Assembly (NCBI GenBank): GCA_023898425.1
Contig: CP060222.1
Coordinates: 810,001 to 842,000, forward strand
Direction of reading: 5' to 3'
Length of the DNA: 32,000 nucleotides
From: Candidatus Saccharimonadota bacterium
GTDB lineage: Bacteria; Patescibacteriota; Patescibacteriia; 2-12-FULL-60-25
The notes below the pieces were generated by a model. That model had not been told where the DNA came from. It worked only from the letters and a program-made list of their open reading frames with translations, and did not search any database. This document shows positions 7,853 through 16,235 of the stretch, in pieces (the stretch's first letter is position 1; every line of letters begins with the position of its first letter). Made by a program: the position numbers and the translations under genes.

Positions 7853-10584
7853 GGTGTTTCAAAAAGAATGGCATTAAGTTGGTCTTGCTTCCAAGGAGTT
7901 TCAGTTGCGAGATCCGTATTTGACCAGATTGCCTTCCAGCCTTCTGGCACAGTAATCGTCTGTGTTAGTGAACGCTGTGAACCTGACTGACTCGTCGAGT
8001 TTAACACATACGCAGCATGATGCACTTCGGTTTGTGATGGATACCAGCGCTTTGCTAAATCAAAAGCATTCACTGGTAGCTTATAGCTAATGGTTGTCGT
8101 TGCCGTGTGTCCTGGCTTTAATTGAATCCATCCCCCAAAAGATGTTCTCCCAAACTCATCTGTTGCTACTAAACCGGCTGTCGTTTGACGTTGTCTTTTT
8201 TCGATCTCTGACAAGAAAAGATCGTCACCGTCTTGAGGTAATGGAACTTCAAATAAACTTGTTGTTGGTGCATTAAATCCATCCGCTGATAAAAGAACGG
8301 ATCCTTCTGGTGCATAAAAGCGTACAAACTGTACATTATTCACTCCCGTAAACTCTGCACCTTTGTCAGCAGTGTGCTCACGGACCATGGTTACTGTATC
8401 GGTAATACTTCCGTCTTCTGTAATATGGATATCGTGATGCACGTTCTCATGAATCGCTGCATCAGATTTTTGACCTGCAATATTTGCGCCGATAATCGCT
8501 AGCGCATCACCAATAACGGGTTTTAATTCGCCCGTCCAACCATAACGTGAGAAAACGGATTGCTCAGATTCGCGGGTAAAATAGAGCTGGACGTCTTTTT
8601 CGTTAAGCGCCTTACTCAATCTCTTTAGTAGCTTTGGCTTAAGGGTATTATCGGCCGATAGTACACGCTCAAGTACGAGCGGCAATAAATCACCAATAAT
8701 CTTTTTTGGTTTATTTTCTGATTTGTCGTACTCAACTTCTACCGCACGCTGAAGCTCTTCTCTAAAGCTTTCTGCTGTAAAGACTTTTCCGTATTCTGGC
8801 ATTTCTATCGGGCCGATATCCTCAAGCAATCCTTCCATAAGACCCACATTGAGCACAATCACACCGTCGAGCGTTGGCTGACCAGCATCACTCCAAAAAC
8901 GACGAATATTTTCTGCTGATGCAGAAAAGTCAGGATACCAGTTTGCATCCTGAAACTCCCACCGCGCAGAAACCAACGAGAGTGGTTGAGGAGATTTTAC
9001 ACGTGTTTTTAGTTGCCCTTGTAGGTCGTATGGCCCACCTCCCATCACGTGAACTTGCTTTAAAGAACCACGATCTAAAACCACTTCTGCCATTGAGCCC
9101 ATGAACCCACCGGTTGGTCTTAGCTCTGATGAGTTTTGAAAAATAACGAGATATCTACGTTGGTGGTCTTCTCCAAGGATATTCGGCATGATCTGACTAA
9201 ACTGTCTTACTTCTTGAAGCGCTTTTGACGCTTGCTGTAAGCGGGACTTTAACTCCCCTACCTGTGTACGTTGCGTAGATGGAATCACTGCCATATCAAC
9301 CTGAGACATAGCTTCATTCGCTTTTGCGATACGTTCTTCTACTTGATCAATGTAGGTTGTGAATACTTTTAATCGATCCGTCGGATGACGCGCATCGCGA
9401 GCAAGCGCTGCCTCCGCTCCTTGAGAAAATAAGGCTGCCGCTTGAGACGCTTGTTCGCCCGCATCAAGAAGTGCGCGTGCTGACGCATACGCATTACGTG
9501 TTTGTGGTAATACCTTTGATAAAGCGACAGCTAATACATTTACCTCGTTTAACGCCTTGTCAGAATCGGCAAACCCTTGAGCAGCTTGCTGCCATTGTTC
9601 ACTTGCCTTTTCTGGACTTGTGGCAAGAGCAAGCTCCGTTTTTGCGAGCGTTGATCGACCTTGGGTTTCAATCGTTGTCCAAGATGACTTTGCGGAGCGC
9701 GCCAATGACACAGCGCCCGCAGGCAATGACAATAACAAGGCAAAAACCATAAAACTCGAAACGACCCGCAAATACGAGATACGAGGGACGACAATAGGAA
9801 TATGCCAAGCCTCTTCTGCCTCCGTTAAAATATCCGCCTCTGCAAAATGAATATCGGCTGCTGTAGATGCCGATTTGCTTTTTATATTTGCTAAGAATCC
9901 TTGAAGTCGCTCTGTTAAACGCGCGAACCATGAATCATGGACAACAACCTCTTGATCTACAGACTCGGCAGAAAGTGGCATCGGTATGCTTACTGGCGTA
10001 AGTGATGTCATTCTTACCAATGGCAGTCGTAGACGACTAGAAAAGCTGTTTTGAGCTTCAAACGCATCTTCTGCATCATGCGGTGTGTACTGATCGATCA
10101 GCCAAGTCTCGCGAATTAAAGGAACCTGCAACGCCGTAAGCCCTTCTAAAACCCCCATGTCTGCCGCTGCCTTTGTCGGAGCCTGCCAAGAAGGTGCGTG
10201 CTTCCATGCATCATCCTGAGTAGGCGTCTCAATGCGCTGTGCTATTTTTTTTAAGGTGAGAACATGCTCGCTTGGTTTGTGGGATATGCGCTTTATCTCA
10301 ACAACAGAGGGACGATCATCAACAAATAAAGACTCGAGCAATTCTTGGTCTCTAGAAATAAACGGATCTTGGACAGCGATAGATTCAAATCGACGATTTG
10401 TTCCATTAACACGATCTTCTTTTTTTCGATCGTCAGTATTTACTTGATCATTCGCTATTGATTCGTCAATAACAATAACGCTCTCGAGCTGTGATTCGAG
10501 TTGCTTGCGAAGATTCATCATCTTCCACATTGGCACTTCTGTTTTTTTAGAGCGGGAGCGTGGCATGATACACGAATGTCTCAC
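7849..10584 (-). CDS. DUF4012 domain-containing membrane protein (911 aa)
   Basis: RYLVIFQNSSELRPTGGFMGSMAEV matches the hallmark DUF4012 motif (QNNAELRxTGG, from memory). One TM segment. The start is uncertain: GTG 10584 (GTGA overlap with the glycosyltransferase stop) or ATG 10566. Confidence 0.75.
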   Translation of the reverse strand: MRHSCIMPRSRSKKTEVPMWKMMNLRKQLESQLESVIVIDESIANDQVNTDDRKKEDRVNGTNRRFESIAVQDPFISRDQELLESLFVDDRPSVVEIKRISHKPSEHVLTLKKIAQRIETPTQDDAWKHAPSWQAPTKAAADMGVLEGLTALQVPLIRETWLIDQYTPHDAEDAFEAQNSFSSRLRLPLVRMTSLTPVSIPMPLSAESVDQEVVVHDSWFARLTERLQGFLANIKSKSASTAADIHFAEADILTEAEEAWHIPIVVPRISYLRVVSSFMVFALLLSLPAGAVSLARSAKSSWTTIETQGRSTLAKTELALATSPEKASEQWQQAAQGFADSDKALNEVNVLAVALSKVLPQTRNAYASARALLDAGEQASQAAALFSQGAEAALARDARHPTDRLKVFTTYIDQVEERIAKANEAMSQVDMAVIPSTQRTQVGELKSRLQQASKALQEVRQFSQIMPNILGEDHQRRYLVIFQNSSELRPTGGFMGSMAEVVLDRGSLKQVHVMGGGPYDLQGQLKTRVKSPQPLSLVSARWEFQDANWYPDFSASAENIRRFWSDAGQPTLDGVIVLNVGLMEGLLEDIGPIEMPEYGKVFTAESFREELQRAVEVEYDKSENKPKKIIGDLLPLVLERVLSADNTLKPKLLKRLSKALNEKDVQLYFTRESEQSVFSRYGWTGELKPVIGDALAIIGANIAGQKSDAAIHENVHHDIHITEDGSITDTVTMVREHTADKGAEFTGVNNVQFVRFYAPEGSVLLSADGFNAPTTSLFEVPLPQDGDDLFLSEIEKRQRQTTAGLVATDEFGRTSFGGWIQLKPGHTATTTISYKLPVNAFDLAKRWYPSQTEVHHAAYVLNSTSQSGSQRSLTQTITVPEGWKAIWSNTDLATETPWKQDQLNAILFETP

Positions 10585-11699
10585 CGTTTTGTTTCGTGTT
10601 TTTGAAAAGATTCGATCATGGACTTTGCGGTAAAAGCCCAGCTATGTCGACGGCGGACTTCTTCGCCTCCGAGTAAAGCTTGTGTTCGAGCATCTTCTCC
10701 TTGAACAAGAACGGTTTCGATCGCTCTTATCATACCATCCACGGAACCATTTTCAAAGAAGAAAACGCCTTGCTGCGGGAGCACTTCTTTTAAGACTTCA
10801 ATATCACTAGAAATCACCGGTGTACCTAGCGATAATGCCTCACAAGGGGGCAATCCAAATCCCTCAAAAGACGTCGGAAAGACAAAGGCGCTTGCCTGTG
10901 CATAATAATCAGCCATTTGCTGGTCCGATAATTGACCTGTAAAGATTACCCTTGGCAATCCAAGATCCTCGCAACACTTCATGATTCTATTCATGAACAC
11001 ATCTTTTTCGCCGCCAACAATCAATGTGAGCTCAGGGTGATTTATTGAAATAACTTGCCACATATCCAACAACAATTCTAAACGCTTATGCGGATAAGCT
11101 GATCCGACATAAAAGAGAAATGGTGTAGGAAAGATTCTTTCTTGTTGAGGTTGTGGCAACGAAGATAGTCCCTCGCCATTTACCAATATTTTATGCTCTA
11201 CGCTTTTATCAAAAGAACACAAATCTTTCTTTACGGCTTGTGTTGGTACAAAAATCGTTTGTGATTTCCGTATGGCGTTTTTTAAGACAAGATAAAACCC
11301 CACTCTCTTAAGCCAAGCGACCATGGGATGACGTGTAGAAGCTTTGGCGCTTTGTGGCTGGTGCACCAATAACAAATCATGAATCGTTATAGAAAATTTT
11401 CCTCGAAAAAACAAAGGAACATTCCAATGCGGAAACCAAACATGATCTGCATCAATCTCCTTTACGATACGCGGCAATAGCAGCTGCTCTTTTAATCCGT
11501 ACCAAGAGAAATCCGCTTTTTTAAAAACAATATTCGACGCATGAAAAGAAGTGTTTTCAGGATCACGAACGAGCAAGGTAAATGTCCAATCAGGTTGCTG
11601 AGTGGCGAGTTGCTTTACCGTCTCTTCAATATAACGGCCTATCCCTCTTGTTTTACCCGCGCCCATCATCCGAGCATCGATTGCGATATGCATAGCCAT
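10581..11699 (-). CDS. glycosyltransferase family 1 fold (GT4-type), 372 aa
   Basis: N-terminus IAIDARMMGAGKTRGIGRYI and C-terminal EGFGLPPCEALSLGTPVISSD (EX7E motif). Confidence 0.85.
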   Translation of the reverse strand: MAMHIAIDARMMGAGKTRGIGRYIEETVKQLATQQPDWTFTLLVRDPENTSFHASNIVFKKADFSWYGLKEQLLLPRIVKEIDADHVWFPHWNVPLFFRGKFSITIHDLLLVHQPQSAKASTRHPMVAWLKRVGFYLVLKNAIRKSQTIFVPTQAVKKDLCSFDKSVEHKILVNGEGLSSLPQPQQERIFPTPFLFYVGSAYPHKRLELLLDMWQVISINHPELTLIVGGEKDVFMNRIMKCCEDLGLPRVIFTGQLSDQQMADYYAQASAFVFPTSFEGFGLPPCEALSLGTPVISSDIEVLKEVLPQQGVFFFENGSVDGMIRAIETVLVQGEDARTQALLGGEEVRRRHSWAFTAKSMIESFQKHETKR

Positions 11700-11716
11700 A
11701 GCCTAAAACGAGAATG

Positions 11717-11742
11717 AAAAAAGCGCCACCTTGCGGCAACGC
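11717..11742 (-). terminator. intrinsic terminator after the 185-aa orphan
   Basis: Minus strand GCGUUGCC-GCAA-GGUGGCGC followed by UUUUUU. Confidence 0.55.
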
Positions 11743-11757
11743 TTGCTCGTAGACAGA

Positions 11758-12315
11758 TCAAGAGCCATTCTCGTTGAATGGATCCCTGCTAAAGATCGAA
11801 TCTGATTCAGAAAAAGCTTCTTTCACTCCATCAAATGCACTCTGCACAGATGGATTGAGCCAAGTAAAAACACGGGCATCATTTACCATTCTGCTTCGGA
11901 GCATCATGGAGTAAATGACACGGTCCCCGTTCTTCACAACTTCTTTTACGATAGACTCCACCCGTTCTTTGATAAACGAGTTTTCTTGATGAGCCTGCAC
12001 TTTGAGGGCTTGTTCAAATTCTGCTGGTGAAGCAAAGCCTAGCCCGTGGTAAGCATTAAGCCCCATGCCCGTACCAATACCTGCACAAAACTGTAACTCA
12101 TTTTGTGAGAGTGACTTTTCGTGCACGAGATAAGCAGCGATACAAAGCTCTATGCGCTTTGGACTCAGCGTACCTTCAAATGCCCACTCTTCAGAAAAGC
12201 ACTTGATGTTCGCCGTAATCGTCGTGTTACGCTCTCCATTTGGAACGCCTTCAACGATATAGGTCTTGCGGTCGATGGTTCTTCTCGCGACATTCTCCTC
12301 CTTGATATCAGACAT
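11758..12315 (-). CDS. hypothetical protein (185 aa), orphan
   Basis: ATG at 12315 is preceded by AAGGAGGTG. The longer ORF-track version (to 12549) runs through tRNA-Pro and its terminator. Confidence 0.7.
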   Translation of the reverse strand: MSDIKEENVARRTIDRKTYIVEGVPNGERNTTITANIKCFSEEWAFEGTLSPKRIELCIAAYLVHEKSLSQNELQFCAGIGTGMGLNAYHGLGFASPAEFEQALKVQAHQENSFIKERVESIVKEVVKNGDRVIYSMMLRSRMVNDARVFTWLNPSVQSAFDGVKEAFSESDSIFSRDPFNENGS

Positions 12316-12402
12316 TGACACACCTCCTTGGTGCAAAGGTACAAATCTTTGCAAATCCAACCATTTTATTATCAAAATGTCAATTTTTCTGTTCTGGAAT
12401 AC

Positions 12403-12430
12403 AAATAACCCGCCTTTCGGCGGGTTATTT
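12403..12430. terminator. perfect 12-bp hairpin terminator downstream of tRNA-Pro
   Basis: AAATAACCCGCC-TTTC-GGCGGGTTATTT. Confidence 0.7.
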
Positions 12431-12433
12431 GTA

Positions 12434-12510
12434 TGGTCGGGCTGGTGGGACTCGAACCCACGACCCTCTGCTCCCAAAGCAGATGCGCTAGCCAACTGCG
12501 CTACAGCCCG
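12434..12510 (-). tRNA. tRNA-Pro (anticodon UGG), CCA encoded
   Basis: Hand-folded cloverleaf: acceptor CGGGCUG/CAGCCCG, anticodon arm UCUGC-UUUGGGA-GCAGA, T arm GUGGG-UUCGAGU-CCCAC. 77 nt. Confidence 0.9.
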
Positions 12511-12529
12511 ATATGACCAATGTGGCAGG

Positions 12530-12580
12530 ATCATATCACCTTTACACAATCTTGCAAGATATTGGTAAAACGCCTATCAT
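12530..12580. promoter_or_regulatory. divergent tRNA promoters sharing one palindromic -35 hexamer TTGCAA (12552-12557)
   Basis: Plus strand: TTGCAA, 17 nt, TATCAT (12575-12580). Minus strand: TTGCAA, 16 nt, TGaTATGAT (rc of 12530-12538). Confidence 0.5.
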
Positions 12581-12600
12581 CTGAACCAACATTTCAAAAC

Positions 12601-12675
12601 GCGGGTATAGTATAGTGGCTTTTATGCGACCCTTCCAAGGTTGAGAGGCGGGTTCGATTCCCGCTACCCGCTCCA
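12601..12675 (+). tRNA. tRNA-Gly (anticodon UCC), CCA encoded
   Basis: Acceptor GCGGGUA/UACCCGC, anticodon arm CGACC-CUUCCAA-GGUUG, T arm GCGGG-UUCGAUU-CCCGC. Confidence 0.9.
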
Positions 12676-12677
12676 TC

Positions 12678-12709
12678 AAAAAATCACTCACATTGTTGAG
12701 TGATTTTTT
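12678..12709 (+). terminator. intrinsic terminator after tRNA-Gly
   Basis: AAAAAATCACTCA...TGAGTGATTTTTT. Confidence 0.7.
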
Positions 12710-12800
12710 GATGGAACATTTTCAAAACAAGAAAACACAATTGAAAAATTTTCTTTGAAAAAACTTTTGCACACAAAAAGAAAAATGAAAAAACATTTTG

Positions 12801-12809
12801 TGATATACT
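12801..12809 (+). promoter_or_regulatory. extended -10 promoter element TGaTATACT
   Basis: TGnTATAAT-like element 20 nt upstream of the GTG at 12829, preceded by phased A-tracts (12724-12795). Confidence 0.45.
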
Positions 12810-12828
12810 TCTTACGAAAGGAGTTCAC

Positions 12829-13407
12829 GTGAAAACAAAACCCAACGTATTCGTTCACACGGTCAAATCGCGCCGTGCAGATAACGGTGCGTTGAGTAAA
12901 CTTGGCTCTCAAGAGGTCGACAAGATCTTGAAAGAAGCTGAGGAACACTTTGACTTTGATACCGCTTTGCATGCTCAAATTGCAAAGCATGCCATTATCA
13001 CAAATCCGCTTTCAACAAAGCGCGAAAGTGATACCTTTCCAAGCATTATTGTTCATGCAAATAACGAACGTCATCAGCAACATTGCTCGCATTGCGAACA
13101 AGAAGCAGAAGAGATTCGTCAGTGCATCGATGATGTGCGAAATTCAGATTACGCTGTTCTCGCTCTACCATCACTCGGTGGTGAGCTCATGAGCGTCATC
13201 ATACAAACCTGTAGTACCCAGAACATACCGCTCCTACTGCTGACGCCACATCATGTTGAAGGGTATGCTCCTCGTCTCATTGAGTCGATGGACTTTGCCT
13301 GTTTCAATGCTGGCTATACAAGCTTTAGTGACATGCGAAACATCATTGATACGATGTTTTACGGCAAGCTTTTCGAAGCTGCTCGGCAATGCGTAAACGT
13401 CTCGTGA
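12829..13407 (+). CDS. hypothetical protein (192 aa), orphan; weak resemblance to nucleoside 2-deoxyribosyltransferase-like Rossmann proteins
   Basis: GTG start 6 nt after AAAGGAG. The segment DYAVLALPSLGGELMSVIIQTCSTQNIPLLLL is only suggestive of that fold. Confidence 0.6.
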   Translation: MKTKPNVFVHTVKSRRADNGALSKLGSQEVDKILKEAEEHFDFDTALHAQIAKHAIITNPLSTKRESDTFPSIIVHANNERHQQHCSHCEQEAEEIRQCIDDVRNSDYAVLALPSLGGELMSVIIQTCSTQNIPLLLLTPHHVEGYAPRLIESMDFACFNAGYTSFSDMRNIIDTMFYGKLFEAARQCVNVS

Positions 13408-13430
13408 AACTTTCATAGAGACACCCTACT

Positions 13431-13458
13431 GAAGAAGCCTTTTCGGAGGCTTCTTTTC
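13431..13458 (+). terminator. intrinsic terminator
   Basis: AAGAAGCCT-TTTCGG-AGGCTTCTT followed by TT. Confidence 0.65.
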
Positions 13459-13535
13459 ATATCATAATAGGCAGCGCTTCAATCGCCTTTCTCTTGCCGA
13501 TTTTTACGAGATTTGGTATTGTCCTCGCACCCTTT

Positions 13536-13610
13536 GCCGGGATAGCTCAGTGGTAGAGCGAAGGCCTGAAGAGCCTTGCGTCGTCAGTTCAATCCTGACT
13601 CCCGGCACCA
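13536..13610 (+). tRNA. tRNA-Phe (anticodon GAA), CCA encoded
   Basis: Acceptor GCCGGGA/UCCCGGC, D arm GCUC-AGUGGUA-GAGC, anticodon arm AAGGC-CUGAAGA-GCCUU, T arm GUCAG-UUCAAUC-CUGAC. Confidence 0.92.
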
Positions 13611-13614
13611 TGTT

Positions 13615-13641
13615 AAAACCCACCAGTCTGGTGGGTTTTTT
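13615..13641. terminator. bidirectional intrinsic terminator (tRNA-Phe and the convergent 136-aa gene)
   Basis: AAAACCCACCA-GTC-TGGTGGGTTTTTT. Confidence 0.7.
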
Positions 13642-13663
13642 CGTGGCTTTTTTTTTGCCGTCA

Positions 13664-14074
13664 TTACTGTCTTAATTGTAATAGCTTTGTTTCTGCAAGC
13701 ATTACTGCCTCTTCTTTGGTATTACCCCAGGCACAAACGAGCCAACCATTAGGCGCAACTTCTGCCCTTCCAAGCAAAACAGTAACAAGATCTTTTACGT
13801 TTCTTTCGAGCACAGGAGCGATTGGCGGCATATTACCCCTTAACTCCTTGAGAAAATCGAGCGTTTCTTGTGGGAGTAAATGATCTGGTGTTGATGGCTT
13901 AAACCATGGCATTACCACAGAATAGCTATCCGTTAATTGCACGATATCCCTATCGAAGCTTCTCACGTCGATTTCATATTTCACCTTGAGTGGTGGCTTA
14001 CCGACCGGATGTGCTTGGCGAATAAAATACGCCTGAGCTAACCATGTATCTTCGAAATCTATTTCTTGTGACAT
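13664..14074 (-). CDS. hypothetical protein (136 aa), orphan
   Basis: ATG at 14074 is preceded by GGAGGT (TTTTTTGGAGGTTGTAATG). The ORF-track N-terminal extension to 14203 lacks an RBS and lies in the structured leader. Confidence 0.65.
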   Translation of the reverse strand: MSQEIDFEDTWLAQAYFIRQAHPVGKPPLKVKYEIDVRSFDRDIVQLTDSYSVVMPWFKPSTPDHLLPQETLDFLKELRGNMPPIAPVLERNVKDLVTVLLGRAEVAPNGWLVCAWGNTKEEAVMLAETKLLQLRQ

Positions 14075-14329
14075 TACAACCTCCAAAAAAGGTACGCAAA
14101 ATCCGATATGTGGCATTCGGCTTATAGAAATGGGGCCATGCCTTACCTGTTCTCTCGCATCAGCCCCCCTGCCCCCAAGTCTGGGGGTATGAATGACCGA
14201 CACTGAGTAACAAATGGGTGGTACGCCGCCCGAGATCGTCGCCCATTCACCAAGGTGAATGCAGACCGGATCTCACGAAGTCGAATTTTAGCCCGAAGCC
14301 ACACACCGGATAATGAAACAATAACATCA
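14075..14329. other. 255-nt GC-enriched, hairpin-dense intergenic region; candidate structured RNA or leader of unknown class
   Basis: Hairpins CATTCAC-CAAG-GTGAATG (about 14244-14261) and CCCCCA-AGTC-TGGGGG (about 14172-14187). GAGATC/GATCTC helix. Competing repeats of CATTCA and C5-6/G5-6 runs. Confidence 0.35.
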
Positions 14330-15574
14330 TCAAAAAAACCTCGCAAACGCCTCGGCCGGTATCGTGGTCCATGCCATAAAACAAACAGAAACCGTAAGTA
14401 AAAGTAACGCAAATCCAACGGCAATATTCGAATACCAACCACTTTTTAATTTACCCATTAAGTCCTTATTATTGCCCAATATCATGATTGCAACCAATGA
14501 AGGTATGGCAACGACAGCGTTTAATACTGCAGAGCCTACAAGCATATCAATTGGATCAAAACCTGCGGCATTAATGATAAAGCCAAATAAGGTAGCGGCG
14601 GCGAGAATCGCATTAAAGCCCTTTGCTTGAAACCATTTTTTCTTCATTCCAACATTCCAGCCCAGTGATTCACCTAAGGCATATCCAGCAGAACCCGCTA
14701 ACACAGGAATCGCTAATAAACCAGAACTTACAATACCAACGATAAAAAGTGTTAGCGCTCCCTTACCTGCTAGTGGTTCGAGCAAAAGTGCTAATTCTGA
14801 TACCGAATCCACTGATCCTCCAAGTTGCGTAGCAAGCAATGCCCCAACGAGCATAATGGATAATGCAATAACATTTGAAAAAACCATTCCTACGATTGTA
14901 TCGCCTCGCATCATTGTTATTTTTTTCTTTAGACTCCCCTTTTCTTCTTCTTCTATCACTTCGCTTGCTTGCCAAAAATACAGGTATGGAGAAATGGTTG
15001 TACCAATACAGGCAACAAGCAAATAAAGATACGGATAATGAAAATGAAATTCTGGACGTATAAGCGATTGACCTACTTCTAACCAAGGAATACGTAAGAA
15101 AAAGACAACAAGAACATATGAGAGAAGACTTATAGAGAGCCAGCGCAACATTTTTGCATATGTTGCATAGTCTAAAAATATTTCAAGAATAATTACAATA
15201 CACGTCAACACAGCCATCATTACTGGTACGCTTATTGGTAGAGCAAGGTTAAGCGTCAGTGCAAGAATATTAAGATCTGCAGCAATATTAAAAATATTTG
15301 CAAATAGCAATAATACTGCAGATGAAAATGCCATGAATGGCGATAGGCTACGAATATTTGATGCAATGCCTTTTTTCGTTACCAGTGCGATGCGAGCTGA
15401 AAGCTCTTGAACACCAACCATAAATGGTAATAGCAGCATTTGCGTCCAAAGAAGATGAAAACCAAACGAAGCGCCTGCTTGCGCGTAGGTTGCGATTCCG
15501 GCTGGGTCATCGTCAGAAGCTCCCGTTACAAGTCCAGGACCAAGGCGGCGAAGCCATGCCTTAAACTTCTGCAT
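14330..15574 (-). CDS. Nramp-family divalent metal cation transporter (414 aa)
   Basis: N-terminus GPGLVTGASDDDPAGIATY (Nramp signature DPGN-like region) and about 11 predicted TM segments. Confidence 0.8.
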   Translation of the reverse strand: MQKFKAWLRRLGPGLVTGASDDDPAGIATYAQAGASFGFHLLWTQMLLLPFMVGVQELSARIALVTKKGIASNIRSLSPFMAFSSAVLLLFANIFNIAADLNILALTLNLALPISVPVMMAVLTCIVIILEIFLDYATYAKMLRWLSISLLSYVLVVFFLRIPWLEVGQSLIRPEFHFHYPYLYLLVACIGTTISPYLYFWQASEVIEEEEKGSLKKKITMMRGDTIVGMVFSNVIALSIMLVGALLATQLGGSVDSVSELALLLEPLAGKGALTLFIVGIVSSGLLAIPVLAGSAGYALGESLGWNVGMKKKWFQAKGFNAILAAATLFGFIINAAGFDPIDMLVGSAVLNAVVAIPSLVAIMILGNNKDLMGKLKSGWYSNIAVGFALLLLTVSVCFMAWTTIPAEAFARFF

Positions 15575-15575
15575 A

Positions 15576-16190
15576 TTATTCTTGCTCTGATGCTGCTACA
15601 GATTCAGCAGCTTCTTCTGTCATCGCTTTCTCTTCTGGCTCTTGAGCTACTTCGCTCTCAGGTATTGCTTCGAAAGGATTTTTTGTTGGGGTTTTGACTT
15701 CAGGTTTAGCATTTGTTGCATCTTCATTGACTTCTACCTTGGGTTCCTTTGGTTTATCTGACTCTTTGCTAATACCTTGAGCAACCTGATCACGATAGAC
15801 AGCACCAAGAACACCATTAACAAATTTACCACTGGACTCACCGCCAAATGTTTTTGCTAATTCGATAGCTTCATTAATAGCTACCTTGCTTGGAATCTCA
15901 AAATTAAACAGAAGTTCATACACACCGAGACGTAACACATTGCGATCTACAGCGGTAATCTTTGGCAATGGCCAATCAGGAGCAAACTTCGTAATCGAAG
16001 CGTCGATAATAGCTTGATTTTTGACGATGCCTTCGACAATTTGGATAGCAAAATCCCGCTCGTCAAATTCTGGAGCGACATCGGTTAGATTTCGCTCAAT
16101 CATGACGCGCGGGTCTTTGGCTCCACCATAAAAATCCCACTCATAGAGTGACTGCAGCGCAAGGGCGCGGGCAAGGTGGCGGCTGGACAT
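15576..16190 (-). CDS. nusB: transcription antitermination factor NusB with an acidic/Pro-rich C-terminal tail of about 65 aa
   Basis: [17 protein letters not shown] and the [19 protein letters not shown] motifs typical of NusB. Confidence 0.85.
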   Translation of the reverse strand: MSSRHLARALALQSLYEWDFYGGAKDPRVMIERNLTDVAPEFDERDFAIQIVEGIVKNQAIIDASITKFAPDWPLPKITAVDRNVLRLGVYELLFNFEIPSKVAINEAIELAKTFGGESSGKFVNGVLGAVYRDQVAQGISKESDKPKEPKVEVNEDATNAKPEVKTPTKNPFEAIPESEVAQEPEEKAMTEEAAESVAASEQE

Positions 16191-16235
16191 AGAGAAAGTA
16201 CGAGGGGCGATTAACGCCCCTTACTATAACACAAA

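Noticed and set aside
3319-9931. Numerous 60-110 aa ORFs antisense to, or out of frame within, thrS, the envelope genes and (elsewhere) the A2M-like gene.
   Set aside because: They are fully nested in long, well-supported CDSs, and have no RBS and no conserved motifs.
12316-12568. N-terminal extension of ORF 11758-12549 (minus strand) and ORF 12266-12568 (plus strand).
   Set aside because: Both run straight through tRNA-Pro (12434-12510) and its terminator hairpin. The conserved-looking start with AAGGAGGTG is at 12315.
12688-12990. 100-aa minus-strand ORF.
   Set aside because: Phe/Lys-rich translation of an AT-rich promoter/A-tract region. It overlaps the better-supported plus-strand gene at 12829-13407 and the tRNA-Gly terminator.
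14212-14240. T-box-like string AAATGGGTGGTACGCCGCCCGAG on the plus strand.
   Set aside because: It deviates from the consensus by an indel (TAC-G-CCGC). I could not fold it into a bulged antiterminator. There is no downstream plus-strand gene, since the flanking genes are on the minus strand. A 9-nt core match is expected by chance about 0.2 times per window.
14143-14442. ORFs 14143-14442 and 14247-14438 (minus strand), and the extension of the 136-aa gene to 14203.
   Set aside because: They have no RBS, Arg/Gly/Cys-rich improbable composition, and overlap the 3' end of the Nramp gene or the structured intergenic region.
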